Assembly (NCBI GenBank): GCA_963664405.1 | Contig: OY761158.1 | Span: 6,336,001-6,400,000 of the forward strand | Direction of reading: 5' to 3' | Source of the DNA: Thermoanaerobaculia bacterium | GTDB taxonomy: Bacteria > Acidobacteriota > Thermoanaerobaculia > Multivoradales > Multivoraceae | Length of the DNA stretch: 64,000 nucleotides | Shown: positions 60,900-64,000 of the stretch, piece by piece | How positions within the stretch are numbered: position 1 is the stretch's first letter | How the letters are laid out: each line of letters opens with the position of its first letter | Notes under the pieces: generated by a model | The model's database searches: none | What the model saw: only the letters and a program-made list of their open reading frames with translations | Told to the model about the DNA's origin: nothing | Made by a program: the position numbers and the translations under genes

Positions 60900-61594
60900 A
60901 CCGGGAAGGCGTAAAAGGTCGTTCTCGGGCCGTTGTGGGAGTCGGAGGGGCTTGTATTGTGCGCCAGGCAGCGCGTTGATCGGGAGGGTTTGAGTCCCTC
61001 CGGCGCTCGGATGAGGGGCGTCGTATCCAAAAGCGGGGGTAATGCCTCGCTGGCCGAAGAGGGAGACAGGTATGGAGAGCTCTAAACGGGCACGAAGGGG
61101 AAACCCGGAAACAGCCAAGGGTGACCTGGAGCCAGCTCTCGTGAGACTTCGGAGGGCAGGGTGTCCACCGCGAGGTGGGATCCGAAGGGCTTGCGGAGAA
61201 GTACCGGGCCGTAGTCGATGGGGGCCACCCCGAAGACGAACCGGTCGGCCAAAGGTGGGACAAGGTCGAGCCTGCAGTATGGAGGCGAAGGCATTTTTCA
61301 TCCACCCACCGCACCAAGGTGTTTGCGGACGGCACGGTACGGAAGATCAGCGTGTGACCCTGGGAGAGCTCGTCGTGTCTGCGGGTGGCACCGCGGTAAC
61401 GGACCCTATAAGCGCAAGCGAAGTGGGAAGGGATGCGCGGCGAGCAGTCGGACGGTCGAGTAGTACTTCAAGCGCGGTGAAAGCCGTGTGACCGCGAGGA
61501 GCGGCAGCTGTGTGAGCTGGGGAAGGCGGCCGGCGAAGACGGTAGGGGAGAGAAGGAAGGCGAGCGAGTAAGGCGGTCGAGGCTGGATAGTTCC

Positions 61595-62348
61595 ATGAGT
61601 GAAAAACCCGAACATCGACAGCCGAGGAGACTGGCTGACTGGATCAACCCGTCGGGAGAGAGGAAGATTCACTCTCTGATCGACAAGGTGTACAAGCGCA
61701 AGAACCTGGAGATCGCCTGGGAACGCGTCAAGTCCAATCGGGGCGCGGGCGGCATCGACGGCCAGAGCATCGAGGAGTTCTCCGAGGGGCTCTCTGAGCA
61801 CCTCGACAGACTTCACGAGGAGCTGTGTCGTGATGAGTACCGACCGCAACCCGTGAGGCAGAAGCGGATCCCGAAGGCGGGCCAGCCGGGGAAGTACCGC
61901 ACGTTGGGCATCCCCACGGTCTATGACCGTGTCTGCCAGCAAGCGATGCTGAATCGGTTGGAGCCGATCTTCGAGCCGGTATTCGATGCTGCCAGCTTCG
62001 GATACCGTCGAGGGCGATCCCAACACGGGGCTCTGCGCAAGGTTTGGAAGGAGATCCAATCGGGCAAGGAGTGGATCGTGGACGCGGACCTGAGGGATTT
62101 CTTCGGGAGCGTGGACCACGAGAAGCTGTTGACGCTCGTGAGCCAACGGGTTTCCGACGGTCGGGTGCTGAGGGTTTTGCGCTCAGTACTCAAAGCCGGG
62201 AGCTACGGGGAGGGTCGCCTGTTTCCGACCGAGCGTGGGACTCCGCAGGGCGGGGTCGTATCGCCCTTGCTGAGCAACATTCTTCTGACTCCTTTTGATC
62301 AGGAGATGCGACGCAGAGGGTTTCGACTCACGCGGTATGCCGACGACT
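61595..62348 (+). CDS. ltrA: Group II intron RT/maturase of intron 2, N-terminal part (interrupted after YADD)
   Basis: NRGAGGIDG, LGIPTVYDR, DADLRDFF, GTPQGGVVSPLLSN, RYADD. Confidence 0.93.
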
Positions 62349-64000
62349 GTGCGCCACGACGGCGCGAAAGGAGTACTCATGTAATTGGGTGTTCTAGAGC
62401 AGCCTTGCTACACGAGAGATGAGGGTGGGCCCCTCGGAGCCGGCATGCAGGTGCAGGCTTCAAACCGCCACGAGCTGCGCGGGTCAAGAGCCCGGGTGGT
62501 GAGCGTCGCTGGAAAAGGCGGGACAAGATTCCGTCAGGTGTGGATCGAGGAGACGAGCGCAAGCGAACCGTCGATGACCTGTCGAAAGCGTAGGGACGAC
62601 GTCAAAACCGGAGGGAGTCGTTACTCCGGGAGGAGTCTGGGTGTTACCTGCCTACAGCCCAGGCGGCGTCCGGCAGCAAGGCGGCGTGACCTCGATGCAG
62701 GCTCTCGTGTGGAACGTGGGAACCTGTCGTCCCGATGCGAAGGGAGAATTCCAAGTGGTCGACCCATGAGGAAGAGAGTACCGATGCGGGGCACAGGGGC
62801 GGAGTCGCGCGTAGTAGTGAGGAAGGTCCTGTAATGGGGCCGGAGCGAAGGCGCGGCACCAACCAGCCGGGTCCGGAGGCCAACCGGCAACGGGAGGAGT
62901 CTTTGGCGAAGGCAAAGCCCTTTCGCATTCCCAAGCGGTGGGTTTGGGAGGCGTACAAGCGGGTAAAGGCAAACCGAGGCGCGGCAGGCGTGGATGGGCA
63001 GTCGTTGGCAGCTTTCGAGGAGCGTCTGAGAGACAATCTGTACAAGCTGTGGAATCGGCTGTCATCAGGGAGCTACATGCCGCCGCCGGTCAAGCGGGTA
63101 GAGATCCCGAAGCCCGGCGGTGGAACGCGTCCCCTGGGTGTGCCAACCGTGGCGGATCGGATCGCGCAAACGGTCGTGAAGAGGATCCTGGAGGCCGAGG
63201 TGGAGACACACTTCCACCCAGACTCCTACGGGTACCGGCCCGGGAAATCAGCGCTTGGTGCGTTGGGTGTGGCGCGGCAGCGATGCTGGCGCTACGACTG
63301 GGTTTTGGATCTCGATGTCAAAGGTTTTTTCGACGCGATCGATCACGATCTTCTGCTGCGGGCGGTGCGTTACCACACGGATTGCCGTTGGGTGCTGCTC
63401 TACATTGGGCGGTGGCTCCGTGCCCCCGTTCAGTTGAAGGATGGCACTCTTGAGTCTCGGGAGAGGGGGACTCCCCAGGGGTCGGTGGTTTCACCACTGC
63501 TGGCGAACCTCTTCTTGCACTATGCGTTCGACCGGTGGATGGCGCGTCACCACTCGGACATTCCGTTCGAGAGGTTTGCTGACGATGCGATCTGCCATTG
63601 CCGAACGGCGGAGCAAGCGCAGAGACTGAAGCAGGAGCTCGCGGGTCGCTTTGCGGCATGTGGGCTTGAGCTGCATCCGCGCAAGACGAAGATCGTCTAC
63701 TGCAAGGATGACGACCGACGGGGGACGTACGAGAACGAGAAGTTTGACTTCTTGGGCTACACGTTTCGTGCTCGGCGATCGAAGAATCGCTGGGGTAAGT
63801 ACTTCGTCAACTTCAGTCCCGGCGTGAGCAACGCGGCGGGTAAAGCGATGCGTCAGACCATTCGGGGCTGGCGTCTCGACTGTCGGATCGACAAGCAAGT
63901 GGACGACCTGGCTCGGATGTTCAATCCGATCGTCCAGGGCTGGATCAACTACTACGGTCGGTACTACAAGTCGGCGCTCTATCCGTCCCTTTGCCATCTT
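62349..64000 (+). mobile_element. Group II intron 3 (inner; class D/RmInt1-like)
   Basis: 5' GTGCGCCACGACGGCGCG; GGAACGTGGGAACC; GGGGCGGAGTCGCGCGTAGTAGTGAGGAAG...GTAATG...GGAGCGAAGG. Confidence 0.88.
62903..64000 (+). CDS. ltrA: Group II intron RT/maturase of intron 3 (3' end beyond the window; absent from the ORF track)
   Basis: TTG start after GGGAGGAG: MAKAKPFRIPKRWVWEAYKRVKANRGAAGVDG, GTPQGSVVSP, ERFADD, FDFLGY, GWINYY. Confidence 0.92.
   Translation, partial: MAKAKPFRIPKRWVWEAYKRVKANRGAAGVDGQSLAAFEERLRDNLYKLWNRLSSGSYMPPPVKRVEIPKPGGGTRPLGVPTVADRIAQTVVKRILEAEVETHFHPDSYGYRPGKSALGALGVARQRCWRYDWVLDLDVKGFFDAIDHDLLLRAVRYHTDCRWVLLYIGRWLRAPVQLKDGTLESRERGTPQGSVVSPLLANLFLHYAFDRWMARHHSDIPFERFADDAICHCRTAEQAQRLKQELAGRFAACGLELHPRKTKIVYCKDDDRRGTYENEKFDFLGYTFRARRSKNRWGKYFVNFSPGVSNAAGKAMRQTIRGWRLDCRIDKQVDDLARMFNPIVQGWINYYGRYYKSALYPSLCHL

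Larger units (their letters stand above)
60014..64000 (+). mobile_element. Group II intron 1 (outer); ribozyme 5' part 60014-60958, remainder beyond the window
   Basis: 5' GTGCGACACGAAG; GGGTGAAAGTCCC; domain III start GGGAGTCGGAGGGGCTTGTATT, then interrupted. Confidence 0.8.
60959..64000 (+). mobile_element. Group II intron 2 (middle)
   Basis: 5' GTGCGCCAGGCAGCGCG; GGGTTTGAGTCCC; domain III GCAGTCGGACGGTCGAGTAGTAC; RT ORF from 61595. Confidence 0.85.

Noticed and set aside
1-64000. CRISPR array, cas genes or rRNA
   Set aside because: No regularly spaced repeats, cas motifs or rRNA-like sequence seen.

Overview
GC-rich bacterial window. The VWA/Ig proteins, PQQ-type propellers and TonB receptor are suggestive of Acidobacteriota (inference). 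Left third: a brnTA toxin-antitoxin pair, then a TonB-dependent receptor gene split by an 8.7-kb nest of mobile elements whose junctions can all be read. The nest is IS30 > IS21 > a four-gene large-serine-recombinase element, plus an IS3 remnant and a second IS30 end. Most novel observation: rejoining the ends of the recombinase element gives a symmetric attP and also supplies the RBS and GTG start that its DUF5372 (Y4bD-like) gene lacks, so that gene appears complete only on the excised circle. Middle: tandem NrdR-like boxes upstream of the receptor, three mosaic DUF3604 genes, a GrdB/PrdB-like selenoprotein (in-frame TGA, UxxC), an almost exactly ORF-sized duplication of a Na+/solute symporter, sulfatases, DUF1330 proteins and a tRNA-Thr 3' fragment. 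Right: trkAH, two VWA proteins, fcl, a PPIase, a MITE-bracketed ACP-KS-CLF-type III PKS cluster with a FAN1-like nuclease, htpG, three PQQ propellers, a CoA transferase and a RAYT. The window ends in three nested group II introns, the outer one carrying a MITE. All calls come from reading motifs; no database searches were run.
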